The notes beneath the pieces were generated by a model. The model was not told the DNA's origin and made no database searches. It worked only from the letters and a program-made list of their open reading frames with translations. From NCBI GenBank assembly GCA_051294375.1, contig CM119263.1:2132113-2196112 (forward strand): a stretch of DNA of 64,000 nucleotides, given 5' to 3'. Origin of the DNA: Paraspadella gotoi (Eukaryota; Animalia; Chaetognatha). The translations under genes were made by a program, and so were the position numbers. Below, one piece after another: positions 38,815-53,271 of this stretch. Position 1 is the first letter of the stretch, and each line of letters begins with the position of its first letter.

Positions 38815-40476
38815 AGGAGAGACGAGAGGAGAGAGAGAGATGGATTAGAGTCTTTATAAATTAAAATAATAACAATACATAGTTTCGGCGATCTTTTTTT
38901 AATCACAACCAGTGGTATATTCTAGGTGAAGTTTTCCTTTTTTTTTAACGTGAGAAAATCGTTCGGCGATAACTTCTAACTCATCGTGAACAATAAAAAA
39001 AAATTGGAGATTTTCAATCATCATCGATCATTGTAAGCGTGAAGGGTCACGTGATCGAATACATCATCTTCCAGTTCGACTGCCACCCTCCCCCCCCATT
39101 AGCCATCAACACAACAACAACAACAACGAAAACAAATCTCACCCCCCCCCCAAAAAAAAGAAATGGAACCTTAATAAACTCTTTGGATTATCCGAACCAA
39201 TAATCACATTCGTTTTCACATCATCACCCGCGACGGAACCCCCCCCTTCCTAACCGGCTCGTGGACGACCTTGAGCACCATGAAGTACGTGGACACATGA
39301 TGACGAGCGAATGAGAAGGTTGCTATGCAAACGACGAGGAGTAGATCTTGGTGCCTTCCAATCCGCAACTGAAGGATCCCCACTGTTTTGCAGGAACGTC
39401 TTCGGTGTTGAGGCTGGGGGGGGGCAAGTGCGGGGTAACGGAGAGGGAAAAGGGGAGGGAGGAAATGGTTAAGGGTTAAGTGTGGGGAGGGGGGACGAGG
39501 GTAAGAAGGGGGAAGAAAAAAAAAGAGAAGGAAGGAAAAAAGGAAAGGAAGAATGCGGGTTAAGGAGAGAATTAAAAACTGTGACAGAAAAAAGAGATAA
39601 TTAAAACGGGGTTCTGATTCTTTAATTCATTGATTAATTAATTAATTATTAATTAGTTAATTAATTACTATCGTCAAAAACCGATCAAAAAGCGACAAAG
39701 AGAAGTACAAGCAAAGTTGATAAAGCAGACTCTCAAACCGAAGGAAACCAAAAAAAACGACGACAAAAATGAAAGCTGATTCGTTTTGTTAGAAAAGAAA
39801 GAAAAAAAAAGTTTCGTTGTTTTTTTTTTTTAAGACATTTTTCGATTTCGTACCGAATAATCGTCGTTCTTGTGTGTCTTCGTCTTTGTCGTCGTCTTCG
39901 TGTTGTCATCATCTTCTACGTAGTTTGTCGTCTTCGTCAGCGTCATTATACCCCACTGAGACATTTTCAACATCGACGTGATTTTTGTCATCGTCGTCGC
40001 GTAAAGGCCGGCGTAAGTCGGTGTGAACGGCGAAGTCTTTTGCGAAATGTCGTCGTTGTGAACGACTTCTTCTGTGAACGACTTCGTTGTGTCCTCGTTA
40101 TAAAGCGTCGTCGTAGACGTCATTAAGCGAGGTTGTCGTCGTTGTGATCGTCGTCGTGTCAACGTCGTCTCGTCGTCGTCGTCGTCGTCGTCATCTTTGT
40201 TGATGTATATTTCACTTCTCATCCTCGATCCTCGGATGACATTCACAATCCGACAATCTCCGACTTACATCCTTCTTCAACGCGGACTCGACAAACTGAC
40301 ATAACCGTGACAGAACGTGACAGGACTCGAAATTCGGGGTGTTCACCGTGACTTAACCGTCCAAAACGTGACACGAGTCGAAACGGAGAGAACGATTCCT
40401 GGCTCCACTACGTACGCGTAGTGCGTACGCTCATTGTCCGCTCTGAATTGACCAAGAGTAATATTCGGACTTGTTT

Positions 40477-40573
<97 letters not shown>

Positions 40574-43500
40574 TTCAGCGGCTCAAACAAATGTCCAAAA
40601 TGTACCAGTTTTGCATCGAAACTTGGAATTGTCCCCCAACAATGTCATCCCAACCCCTGCTCGACCTTCCCCCCCGAACCATGACTTAACCCAAATGAAT
40701 GGCAAAATGGAACCAAAACGGAAATGAACCAAAGAGGAAAATGGATTGGCAGCATTCGTTTGACATTCGAATCTCGTAGGACATCGGGTAATGGATGGCG
40801 TAGTATCGGTCTGTGGGAGATGGATGATGGATAGAAAGAGGGATGAGTGATGAGGAAGTAGGGAAAGAAAGGAGGAAAGGAGAAAGAGGGAAGGAAGGAT
40901 TGGAGGAAAGGAGAAAGAAAGAAGGAGGAACGAAAGAAGATGAGGAAATTAAGAAAGAAAAAATGGAATAAAAGAGGAGGAAAAGAAAGAATGAAAGAGG
41001 GAAAGTGAAAGAAAGGAGGAAAAAATGAGTAAAAGAATGAGGAAAAAAGAAACAAAGAAAGAATAAGTGAAAGAAGTAAAAAAATTTAATTTCTTTATAA
41101 TTCTTCATCATATTATCATAATCATCATGGATTCATCATAGATGATAAATATAATCATCGAGCCAAATCATCATAATCAACACAAATTTTTTGTCATAAT
41201 CATATCTCTCCTCATAATCGTAATCGTTCATCATCATTGATCATCATCATCATCATCATCATCTCCCCATCATCATCTTCCCATAATCCATCACCCAAGG
41301 AGATGGAAGAGATGGAGAATTGATGCGGTGCACACATCACATCGAGTGAACGTAGAGATTGCAGGCGGTGAGACCGAAGGGCACTGTCCGTGAGATCGTG
41401 ATGGTGGAGAAGGGAGGACGAGGAGCCTGGATGTGAGGGGAAGGGTGAGGAAGAGGGGAAATAGAAAAGGGAAGAAAGAAGAGGAAAGAAAGGAAAAGAG
41501 GAGGGAAGGAAAGGAAAGGAAGAGAAAGGAAAGGAAAGGAAAGGAAAGAAAGAATAGTTTATAATTTTTTTATGAATGAGATAGTTTTTGTTACTGATAT
41601 ATCAAAAAATTTTTTTTTCAAGGAAATATATTTTTTTACCCCCTGCGATATGGGATAGCATAGTCGTAGAAGCCCCTAAAAAATTATAAATAGGTATTGT
41701 CCTAGGAGTGGAAAATCAGAGTTCCCCCTGTTTATATTCTGGGGACAAAAAGAATGAGGAAGAAGAAAAAGGAAGGAAAGGATCAGGAGAAAAAAGTGTC
41801 ACTGTGACGTTTTTTTCTTTTTTTTCTTTTTTTTTAGCTTCGACTCAACTGTGAAGCGACCAAGTCACACCAAAAAATATGAGGCTGATTTACTGCAGCG
41901 ACGCCTTTAGTAATGTACGAGGACATCTGGAGCTTTAGTAACGAGTTGGAGTCCGTATCTTTTCGGCTTATTTTCTATTATAGTATTGGAAAGAACTTTT
42001 AATTCGCCGCGTTAAATATAGAGAGAAAAAAAACCTCGAAAAAAATTATTATTTCGGTTAAAGCGGCACATTCGCCAATTAGTGTATCATTTTATAAATA
42101 CAATTATTCATGAATTTTAAAAAAATATTTAATCACAGAAAAGACAAATGGCCGTAGAGAGAACCCGGATCTTCGCTCGGGCAGAATTTGTAGTCACGAA
42201 AAGGATTTTAATCTCCTTCGCTATGAGCGTAAGTGGACTGAGAGCTTTCTTTGAATATGCAATCTTAAATTTAACCTTTTTTAGATTGATTCTTTTTAAT
42301 TTTATGAAAGCAGATTCACAAACAGAAAATTGTTTTATCTTCTTTGACGCAGAAACATCAAATTCTTAGAACATGTTTCATATTTTGAGTCTAACTTTTA
42401 ATAAAAATTTTAAAAATATAATTTTGAAAATTACTTTTTTAATAGCCTACTATACTATACTGTTATGTAACAAAATGTTAAAAATATATTTTAAACTTGA
42501 TAATGTACTAGATTTTTCTAGTTTAATAACTCAAAACAATTTTGAATTCGCTGTGATGAGTGTTTCACCCCTAGATTGAGTATAGAGGTTTAATTCTTAG
42601 CCTATAGCAAAAGACGAGAAGTGGAGTGGAACAAGAGGGAAGTTGATGCGAAGTTTGAAAAATGTTTAAAGAAGTGGGAAGATTTTTAGGAAGGTAAGTC
42701 AGAGATAAATCTTTTGGCTTCTTTCCTACTTCTTTGTTATGACCTTTAATTCTCCCTCCCGGCTTTTCTATACGTACCGCTCTCCCAATTGTTGCTCTCT
42801 TTTTCCAAAAGTGGGCCCATTTCAAGTTCCTTAATCCCAGATTTTAATTTTTAACTTAGTATTTTACTAAACCCATAAATCCAATCTCTCCTAATCCATA
42901 ACCCTACCCTTACCCTAAACCTTAAACTTTAATCCTTTAACCCTTAACCTTTAAACTCTAATCTTAACCCTGAACCCTAAACCTTAACTTCTAATCCTTA
43001 ACCCTGAAAACCCCTGAAGCCTTAAACACTCTAATCCTTTAACACTAAAACGTTAAACCCTGAAACAACTTTAATCCTCTATCCCTAAACTTTTTTCTCT
43101 CTTCCCCTCTTTCCTTCTCATGGATTTTTTGCCCATCTTCACTCTTACCCTCTTTCCCTCCTCTTCATTCTTTCCTCCCATCCTCTTTCCTTCGCCTCCT
43201 CTTTACCACTTCCTTTCCCTACCTCTCCTGTTCTCCTTCCCTTTTACCTCCCTTCCATTTTCTTCCCTTCCCTCTCTCCCTTCCTTTCCCTATTCTCTTT
43301 CCTCTTCTCCTCTAACCTCCTCTTGTCTCTTCCTTTACCTCCCTTCCTTTTTCTCTTTCCTCCTTCCATTCTCCTCCTCCTCCCTCTTTCCTCCTTCACC
43401 TCCCTCTTTTTTATTCCCTTCTCCTCCTCCCTCTTCTTTTCTCGTACTTTCTCCTTTCCTCCTTTACCTTAATTTCTTTCCTCTCCTTATTTTCCTCCCT

Positions 43501-44292
43501 TTCCTCCGTGTCCTTCTTTGTGAAGAAAGTAGCAAAGGAGGAAAGGAAAGACTCCCACTTCGGTCTTCATTGAAGGCGAACTTGAAAGGAGAAACGAACC
43601 AAAGCCACAACAAATAGTTCGGGCGAGACGGGGAGCGGTGAGTGCGTGAGTTGGTGATTTGTGACGTGGTTAGTGTGATCGGTGAGCGTGCAAGTGCGTG
43701 AGCGGTGAGCGCATGATGGTGAGTGGTTATGGTTGAGCGGTGAGTGTTAGTGCGTGAGTGGCGTAGGATAGGAGAAATAAAAATTGTTTTCAAGGAGAGG
43801 AAAGTAGAAGAAAAATGGAAAGAGAAAATAATATCAGTAGTAAATAGTGGCTTGTCAGGCGAGGTACACAATGGCGGGGAGCAGCTAAAATATTAAGTGA
43901 TCTAAAATATTTTTTGCAGCCTTAATTAATTATTGATTTCAGATGATTGCATTGCTTCTGATTTGCATAATTATTCAAAAAATATCTTACTTTCTTTGTA
44001 CAGAACTTGAACTCATTGGAACGGAAAATTTATTAGCTTGATATTTTAATGTTTCATTCACGCGAATTGATAACAACATTTATCATCAGCATGTTTGTAA
44101 TACTAATAATACTAATAATACTACTTAAATACAATAAATACTACATAATACTATTAGAGGAGAACAACAACTTTCAACCACCCAAAAAACTCACCCAACA
44201 AAAGGTCGGTGTGGCCGAGTGAGTGATGACGAAGCTTTGGGTGACTTCTCAGGTGTTGATCACCACCGCAGCTTAACAGACCAACACGTTGC
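38592..44292 (-). pseudogene. Frameshifted duplicate of GPCR exons TM1 to TM6-start (44195-44292, 41295-41426, ~40690-40810, ~39255-39413, ~38592-38750)
   Basis: Same exons and splice sites as copy 1 but riddled with 1-nt indels; more likely sequencing error than a true pseudogene. Confidence 0.6.
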
Positions 44293-44667
44293 CTGAGGTG
44301 GACGGACAGAGAAAGGAAATGAGGAGAGGGAAAATAAAGGGAGAGAGAAAGAAGAGAAGTTGTAAGAAGAAGAAGAAGGAAAGGCAGAAAAAGAAGAACG
44401 AAGAAGGAAGAAGAAACTTCTAATTGAGTAGTGAGAAGTTTGGCCACATATACACGAGTTATTTTGGTGACCGACGGCCGCTAATGGGTTTTAGAAGGAG
44501 TCCGCCACGAGACATGTCGCTTTGGCTTTCGTTCACAACTTCGTTCTATTTTTAGAACTTGGAAAAATAAAAGATCGAAGACGAAAATCTTTCACGTCCG
44601 CCTGATTCTTTGATGACATTATATATGTTGTAGTACAATGAGTGTACTATTTTATTAATATCAGCTC

Positions 44668-45423
44668 TGTGTGCAACAATGACTTTTTAAAGCTTGCCTC
44701 ACTGCTGTCCGTCCTCAGCCTCGTCTCCAATGGCTGAAGCAGGCTAATCATCTCATTCCATCGTGGCTCCCGGGTTTTCAATCCTGCGGGTATCCCAGGT
44801 TCTGAGCTTAAAGTGTGTACGTCCGGTATTAAAACTTGCCACAAGAGGACCGATCAACTGAGGTCCGCAGCCCCTACGCCAGTGGTGAGATACCCCGCCG
44901 CCCCCGGGTATCACAGGCTATCCTCCCGTTGCCATAAGTTGGTGCCCTACTTCTCGAACACGCAACCGTCTGCGCACCGTCGCGCCCGACGCTTACGTCG
45001 CTTAGGGTTATGCATATCACGCTTGCCCTACTTCTCTGGTACGCTCAGAACTCGCTCGCTCGCTCGCCGCGCTCGCCTCACTATGGCAATGAGATCAAAA
45101 ACCTTCTCTCAACATCTCCCTCAGGATTTGAGGCCCTGGGAAGAAGTCTGGTGGGGATCCTTGCAGCAAGACTTAAAGCTGCCTCACTGCTGTTCCGTCC
45201 TCAGCCCTCGTCTCAATGGCTAGCAGGCTAAATCATCTCATTCCATCCGTGCGTCCGGGTTCAATCCCTGGGTAATCCCAGTCGTGCTTAAATGTGGAAG
45301 GTGCCCGGTATAAAACATGCCCAGTTGACAGGGAGGCGGTCACTGAGGCGTCCGCAGCCCCTACCCAGTTGGTGAGCATACGCCCGCGACCCCGGGAATC
45401 ACGGCTATCCTCCCGTTGCCATA
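44668..45423 (+). mobile_element. TRIM (miniature non-coding LTR retrotransposon), ~756 bp
   Basis: Two ~265-bp direct repeats (44668-44936 and ~45159-45423), both ending GTTGCCATA; PBS-like TGGTGCCC at 44940; purine tract before LTR2; 4-bp TSD GCTC. Empty site atca-gctc-cttgta at 32627-32640. Confidence 0.85.
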
Positions 45424-48400
45424 GCTCCTTGTATTTTAACGCTTAGCTGCGAGGTACAAAACAGTATTCCCGAATCTAACAACTTAAGGAGTGGTTCTTT
45501 TTCGTATACAATTTTGAAAGATTCTTTGAAAATATCTTACCACTTCATTGATAGGGAAGCCAGATACTCTGGGAATGAATAAACGAGCACATGTGAGTGG
45601 AAGTCCTTGATTTTTATATATTATTTAATATCTAGTAAGATTGATGGAGACTTAATCCAGGGTAGCCGTCCAACGCTGGGCAAGATAGCTTATGACAATG
45701 TGTACATCATATAATAATTACCCATTCATTTAATAAACAAGACTATCTTGCCCCTGACTTTAACAGTGCTTTTGGTGTTTAAGGGCCTCCATTGTGACGA
45801 ACATCAAGAACACTCCCACACCATCACTCTACAAGACAATGACATAGCAAGTCCCTGCAGCTTTCTATCAGACTTTCACTCTTATCTCACTTTCTCTCTT
45901 ATATAATAACTGAATGGATAATTTCATAATGGCCTCTTCTCGTCACTGCTTCCCGGTGCCTCCCTATCTGCCTTTTCTTGAAGTTTTCTAAGAGATATAC
46001 CGCCTTCTATCTCCCAACTTTTCTCTTTAATCTTTTTTAAAAAACTTTGTATTATTTTCCATTAACTCGTTCTCGACGCTAAAACTCGTTCGTGGAACTG
46101 TCTGAAAAAGAAATCTCTCGCTCGATTCACTTCAATTTTACGATTAAAACGACGTATTATATTTAAGAATAATAATATAATAAAATTAAATAAGTCAGAG
46201 CACTTCCTGTGGGATAACGCATTATACTTGTGTAGACAAGCGTTTTATGGGCCTATCTGAATCCGTTCGTTAAAAAAATTTAAATTATTATACAATTTTT
46301 TTTTTTCATTGCCTATGTTTTAATAAATATTTATAGGCTTCAATGTCTAATCTTGTGCTCACTAGTTAAAAAAAGTGATAATGAATATTGATAATAGTAT
46401 ATGAGACAAATGAATTTTATTATTTACAGAACTGATTTCAATTTCGGCCCGCCTTAAAAGCTAAATGACTTGAAAACTGCATTTGTTTGCTTTATGTATC
46501 TTAGTTATGCCTGACTGAAATTGGCGTAACCGGAACATAACCATCAAAACCAGCTGGGCTCATTTAAATTTTTTTTTTGGTATTTTTTGTATCTTTTTCA
46601 ATTATAAAATTAAAAAAGAAAATGTACACGCGATTTTCAATGCGGAGTGAAATGAAAATATTAATTACAATGTCTAAAATCACTGTAGTTTTAGCAGCTT
46701 TCAGATTTTGTTCACCCAGGTAAAAATTGCTGATTTTTTTTTTATACCCCAATAGTTCCAGCTTAGTTATGTTCTTATCAATACCAAGGTCGAATTTTAA
46801 AGAAAAGGACAATTCCTTGCATTGAAAAAGACCTTTCTTATTAAAAAAATGACATATGTCAAAAAAATTTAGTTTGTCTTATAGATATATACAAATTTTT
46901 TATTTAAATTTTATATTTTAAATTTTCTAGTTTAAAACATATAGAATATAAAATTTCACATTGAAATAAATAAGAAAATAAACATTGGCATAAAAGCTTG
47001 TTGCCTCGTAATTTAAAATATGAATAATAAGAATTTTTTTTACTATTGCTCCAAACATTAAAACTCACATAAAAAAATTTAAAAAAAAGTTTTCTAAAAT
47101 TTGGAATCTCAAAATAAGAGTGAAAAAGTGTGCTGAAAAAGCTCCTGCAATGAATCTTGCCACCAATTGTTATGATGTAAAGTATTTTTAATTTTTTTAT
47201 TAAAAACCAACAAACGCAAATATCAATCATAGTCAGTTAGTTAAGAGTATAACGACTCTTTTTCATTCACTCCCATTTGAAATTCCTGTATATGCAAACG
47301 TCCTGGGGGGGCCAAGGTCTAAAACGAACAAGCGCTCAACGCTTGTTTATATTTCCGTGAAAATTTATTCTGTATTCACCACTGCAAACAGGGGAATGAC
47401 AAAAGCTTTTGTATATTTCTTCTTTTGTTTTTAATTTTTTACTCTGAAAAGCACTGTCAATAGTCAATACCACAAATGAAGCAGATTTTTCTTGGATTTT
47501 ATATTCTAAAGTTCCGGAAAATTAGTAAAAAACCACTTCGGAAATTGATAATATATATTTAAAGAGAAATGAACGAAAGGAAAATCTAATCTAAATAAAC
47601 TAGTAGAATATGTAAAATTCGTTTATTTAAAATCTATTTATATTTAGAGAAAAAAAATTGAAATAAGTTATAACGCAATTTCTTTTATTTAGAAATTATA
47701 TATAGCGTAACTGAAAGTAAAAATGTTGAATCGCCTCTCAGTCTGCCGACGGTATTCGCCCAATGAACCTAAAATTATTTTTGGTCAACGACTTAATCAA
47801 CATCTAAGGATCAACAGAAGAAGATGAATGAAGAAGAAGAGACAGAAGAAGAAGAAAAGAAGAAGAAGAAGAAGATGAATAAGAATGAGAGAAGGAGAAG
47901 AAGAAGAAAATGAAAGGAAAGCAAAAAAGAAGGAAAAAAGAAGGAAAGACCTCTCGTTTTGTTCGCGCCCAAGAATCTCAAAATAACTGGCGCTTAAGAT
48001 ACTACTAGATACTGTAAAGGCTAAGCATGTTATTAATCGTGCATTGAATTCGCAGTAGGAATTGGAGCCCAGCTTAAAAAAGTCACTGGCCAGAATACTC
48101 TGCCGCAGCTAAAAAAGACCCGGCGGATCTCTGCCCACAGCTTAAAAGGCACTTGGCAGGATCTCGCCCGGCAGCTTAAAAATACGCCTGGACGAGATCT
48201 CTGCCACAGCTTAATAAGGGCACTTGCTGAGAATCCTTTACCGCCAGCGTTAAAAAGACGCCGGGACGGATCTCTGCCGCCACTAAAAAATCACCTGGCC
48301 GGAGATCTCTACCGCCAGGTTAAAAAGTCACCTGGCCGGGTATCTCACCACAGTTAATAGACATCTTTTCTTGGGATGGGGAAAATTCTCTAAGGTCACG

Positions 48401-48696
48401 TAGGGCCGATCTGTCTGCCGCAGCTTAAAAAGACCCTGAGGGATCTCTGATGCAGCTTAAAAAGATGACAAGACCAGGATTCTCTGCTTGCAGCCTTAAA
48501 AGGACACTGCCCGGATCTCTGCCACAGCTTTAAAGAGTCGCCTGGATTGGACTCTCTGTATGCTTAGGTAGCCGCACTTCAATGCGAGGAGTCAAAGATT
48601 TAGAGTCAGTACATGCTCAACGAAATCATTTAAGGACATTTTTAAGAATACTTTCAATGGACAAAAAAATTCTAATACATAATAATAATACCCTAG

Positions 48697-50970
48697 AAAA
48701 GACCTCCCAGAAATATCACACATTGTTGAAAGTTGTTGATTCTTGCCAAAGTTTCTCCATTCCCGAATTTTTCTGTAGAACAACCAACCGTCGAATGCTC
48801 TTTATCGACTTTCCTCGCACTTTTGGCGCGACACTACTTTACCGGTTGAAAAAAGACACAGATTTTGAAAGACCAAGCAGTTATTCGTTCAGCATGGCTT
48901 AGTAAAATTAATCCAAATTATATTTACTTAAACGCTTATACTTTACATTTTTTTTGTTTTGGTTCCACAATGATGTAAAAACGATACACAATTAAAAAGA
49001 CATATATTAAAATTGCAACAAATATTTTTTACATAATCGGTTTTTACAAGATTGTCAACTAATTTTAAGAATAAATTTTGATTACAATTAGAACTATTAT
49101 GGGATTATTCAACCCATGAGCCGACATTGAATTCCCAAGCGGTCAATCTAATGCCAAAAAAAAATATATTTTTTTAAGATTTATATTTTTTTTCTTCTAA
49201 ACAGTTTTTAATATGTGGGTGTGAATTTCTTGAAAGTCAATATTTGAAAATAAGAAAATGTTTTTTATTTTTGAATTATGTTAAGGTTTGATGTAACGAA
49301 AACTGCTTTTTTCATTCATTGATGCCTTAAAAAAATTTTTATTCAAAAAATAACGACTATGATTATTAAACCAATGAGTTTTTGTTAGTAATAAAAAGGA
49401 CAAGTTTTGACTTTAATCCAAGCCTTCTTCAGCGCTTATTAGTGCATAGTGCAATTTTTCTGCTAATACTCATCGTTAATCGTTTAATCTTCTTATTGTC
49501 TAAATTGTTTCAAATTGTCTTTTTTATTCAGAAAAAAAAAAAAAAAAAAATTCTTCAGCGCCTAAAAGCATGTCCGTTTTTAATACATTTAAAATCAAAA
49601 TTCAAAACAAAATAGAGAGAAAATATATTTTTTATTGTTTAAACAAAAACAATGGTTGTAGATATTTTGGTCTCACGCTCGCGAGCGTAAACATCTCGAA
49701 CGTTGCCCTTCGAATAGAAAAGACGTTTCTCATTTTCTGGACTTAATTAAGTCAAAATTCTACCGGAGACCCACTGTTAAGACAGCGGAAGGGCAACGTT
49801 CGAACTGTTTTCCTTTTCGCGAGCGTGAGACCAAAATATTCACAGTAAAAACGGGTTTTTGAAGCGGGGTACAACGTTTGAGCTGCTTGAAGAGAAAAGC
49901 TGAAAAAAAAAATACGCGACAACCAAACATGGTTCAGCGCTCTGATCAGAGCGGCGAATTGCTTCATGAAAATAAAAAAATTTCACAAAGCAAATTCGGC
50001 TAAAGAAGGCTCTCATCAGAGCGGGAAACATGTCCATATTTTTTCTTCCTTTACATTCTTGTTTAAACAAGAAAAAACTTCTGTATCTAAAAACATACTT
50101 CACATTTGAGCTATGCTCTTAAAATTCGCGTTTTTAACATGCTTTTAATGGAGACGAAAATTTATTTGCAACAATTTTATTATTAGACGAAACATGTTCA
50201 GCTCACAATTTTGAGCCTTCATCAGCGTCAAAGTTCTTGTGAATTTACAATTTGCTACTAACTTCTGGAAACTTACCCCCTCTCTACTCTCTTTCCCCCT
50301 CCCTCTTCTTCTTTTGGCCAATTCAATAAATTAGTAAAATCATATTTATTTTTAACTTATTTTTACTCTTTAAAGATTATTTTGGAATTTGTACTTTTCA
50401 TTCATTTTTATTCAACAGTAGTTGAAAATTGGCATAATTGTTCTTTATTATTGTTTATTAGCGAGGATAATGGCGCCACCCTCGAGTTATTATGAGATCA
50501 ATTTACTAATAAAATAATATTAAAAAACATATATGAATCATAACAAACTTAGTTAGAATTATTGTTAACCTTAAATTCAAAAGAATAGTATTAGAAAATC
50601 TTTCAAAAATGCAATTATTTCCTTTTTTTTAAGTTTTGAAAATTAATGTAATATTTAAAATTTTGTAATAATACATGCTAACATATAATTTAATAAAATA
50701 AATTAAAAAATATTTAGAACTATATAGATTAACCAGAAAATAGCTTAAAAATAACGTAATTTAGTTCTAGAAACATTTTATTTTCAAAAAACAACAGCTA
50801 TTTTTGAACCGGAAGTGGTTTCGGCCACATGAAAGTGCGTGGAAAGTCCATAAATCACCAACCGAGCAAATTTTTCATTCGTTTGATATCGTTTTTTTCA
50901 CCTAAAATTGGAATAAGAAACTTCGAGAACCAAAACTTTTCCTAAAGTAGGAATATTGGGAGCCACCTAG
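48697..50970. mobile_element. 2.3-kb AT-rich segment absent from copy 1; probable DNA-transposon-derived insertion
   Basis: Bounded by CCTAG direct repeats (48692-48696 and 50966-50970), while copy 1 has a single CCTAG at 36492-36496. Internal inverted repeat at 49662-49839. No recognisable transposase. Confidence 0.5.
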
Positions 50971-53048
50971 TAATTAATTTTTATATTATTTATAATAGAA
51001 AGGGCAAAAAATTTTTCTTAGAATTTTTTAATTTAAGACCAGATCAGAAAGCTCACTAAAAAGTGTCTACCACAAAGTATAATTCTTTTTTATAAATATT
51101 TTACCGATAAGTGTGTCAAAGAATAAGAAAACCAATAAAAAATCATCATCATCATCATCTTTCGATGCAGATTTATCAAGTAGTTTTTTATATTTCACTT
51201 AGAAAATCGTTAGAATTTTAAAAGCTTGTAATTAATTTCTCGTTTAACTTTTTATGCTCGATCAGAATCCATCAAAAAAAAATTTAAAGATTTAAAAAAA
51301 TTGTTTTGCTCTAATAGAAGTATAATATTTTAATTAGGCTAGTACCCCAGAAGAAGCACTTGACAAAAAATATTTTTAATACCTTGAATCTATGGTCATG
51401 ATAGATTATTTAACGCTGTATACATTAGCATTTTAAAATTCATCGGCTATGGGTGATTGCACTTAAAAAGACACCTGGACAGGATCTCTGCTGCAGCTAA
51501 AAGTGGCACTAGCCGGGTTCTCTGCCACAAGCTTAAAATAACGCCTGGGACGGGATCTCTGTCGCAGCATAAAAGGATGCCTGGACGGGGAACTCTGCCG
51601 AGACCCTTAAAATGTTCACCTGGCCGGATTCTCTGACGGTAGCTTAAAAAGACGCATGGCCGTGGATCACTGCCTTTAAAAAGCCCGCAAGACTGGTTGT
51701 GAGGTACGTGGTAATGTGCGGTGCGCGTGCCATGAGCGATGCAGCTGCGGGGCTGGAGCGAGCAGTGCGGCCAGTGCGGTTGCGGTGCTGTGCCTATTAA
51801 AGCGTGCAAAAATATTAAATCAAGTAGAATCAAAATTCAATAGTAGATCACGAACAGCTTGTACCTGTGAACATTCTTAAAAAAAAAATTAATTTTTATT
51901 TTTCCCATACGGCCCATATAGAAAAGTCCAAAATGTAAAATGTTTTTTTCCTTTTTAAAAGCAGATTCGAATTCCTCACGAAAAGTTGATAGAAGGAAAT
52001 ATAACTCTTCTAGAAATTTATTTCTTAAGCTGCATAAAAATCCTAAAAACTATTATCTATTANNNNNNNNNNNNNNNNNNNNNNNNNTATTAACCTATAA
52101 TTAAATTTTAGTATAAAAATAGTTTTTTTAAATTTGTGGCAACTTAATGAAAGAATTTTTGATTAAGACTTATATTTTCTGGATTAGCTAAAAAATAAAA
52201 AGGGCGGATTAGTGATCTTACTGTTTATTGTGTGAGATGGGCGTGGTTCTTCTTGTATTTTCTTTTGGCATTGAGTTGAGAAAAAAAAAATTTTTTTTCA
52301 AATGTTTTTACGCGATGAAGTTTTTTTGTGAATATAGTTGAAAGTTGTTTTTTTTTTGCGCGAGGAAAATAAGAAAAAAAATTAGTATGATAAAAAAAAA
52401 TAAGATTAGGAAAGATGGAAGAAAAAAATTAGGGTGGTTGGGAGGGTTACCGGTAGCCAGTTAGTCGTGTAGAGCAGGAAACTATCCTGGAGAGGTTAAA
52501 CTTGGAGAGGCTGATGGGCGTCACTGGGAAAGATGGGTATCTAGCTAAAGTAGGTTCTAACTCTCATCAGGAAAAGAGGTAAGTAGGGTAAGTATGTAAT
52601 GTAAGGAAAACAGATATAACAAAGGGTATCGGGTACATAAAGGAGAGAAGGGAGAGGGAAGGTTTGCAGACCCCGAGACCGAGAGGAGAGTTGAGAGAGT
52701 GTGTCCGATCTCAGACTCTTCCGTGACTCCGGGGATGAAGAGGAGGGGACGACGAGGGGAGGAGGAGGCGTTGAGAGAGGAAGAGAAGGCCCGGGGAGGA
52801 GAGGTGCTGGCGGAAGTGACCCTCTATCTTGGCATATATATTATATAATATATATAATATATAGTTACGTTTTAACTTAAAATTTAAGCCTAACTTTAAG
52901 GTTTAGTTTGGCCATAAGGTTACAGAGTTGCTCAACGCTCATTTCTCAGGTTGCTCAGGTTCCCAAAGTTAAAATTAGTTCAGTGATTATCGAACAGAAA
53001 TGGGACGCATTGGAAAACAGTGACCCCCCCTCGCCCGCCGTCAGAAAC

Positions 53049-53220
53049 CTGAAGCCCATAAGGCTGCGGGGTGAGCGTGGCTTAGCTCCGTCACTGAGGG
53101 ATGTTTGGGTATTGCTTCTGTCTCTCCTCGAGTGTTGGAGATGAAGACTGACGTCGGGAGTCTTAACGCATAGTTCGCGGGATGTCATCCCCGGATGCCG
53201 ACTCACCTTGAGAGAGAGAG

Positions 53221-53271
<51 letters not shown>

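Larger units (their letters stand above)
37724..52180 (+). repeat. Copy 2 of segment ~22640-37720 (indel-rich; probable alternate haplotype or unpolished read)
   Basis: Colinear homology throughout, beginning ggattagctaaaaaataaaaagggcggattagtga (cf. 22640-22673). Confidence 0.9.

Noticed and set aside
48582-48902. 106-aa ORF as a transposase
   Set aside because: It spans the insertion junction, shows no DDE or HTH motif, and has AT-rich non-coding composition.
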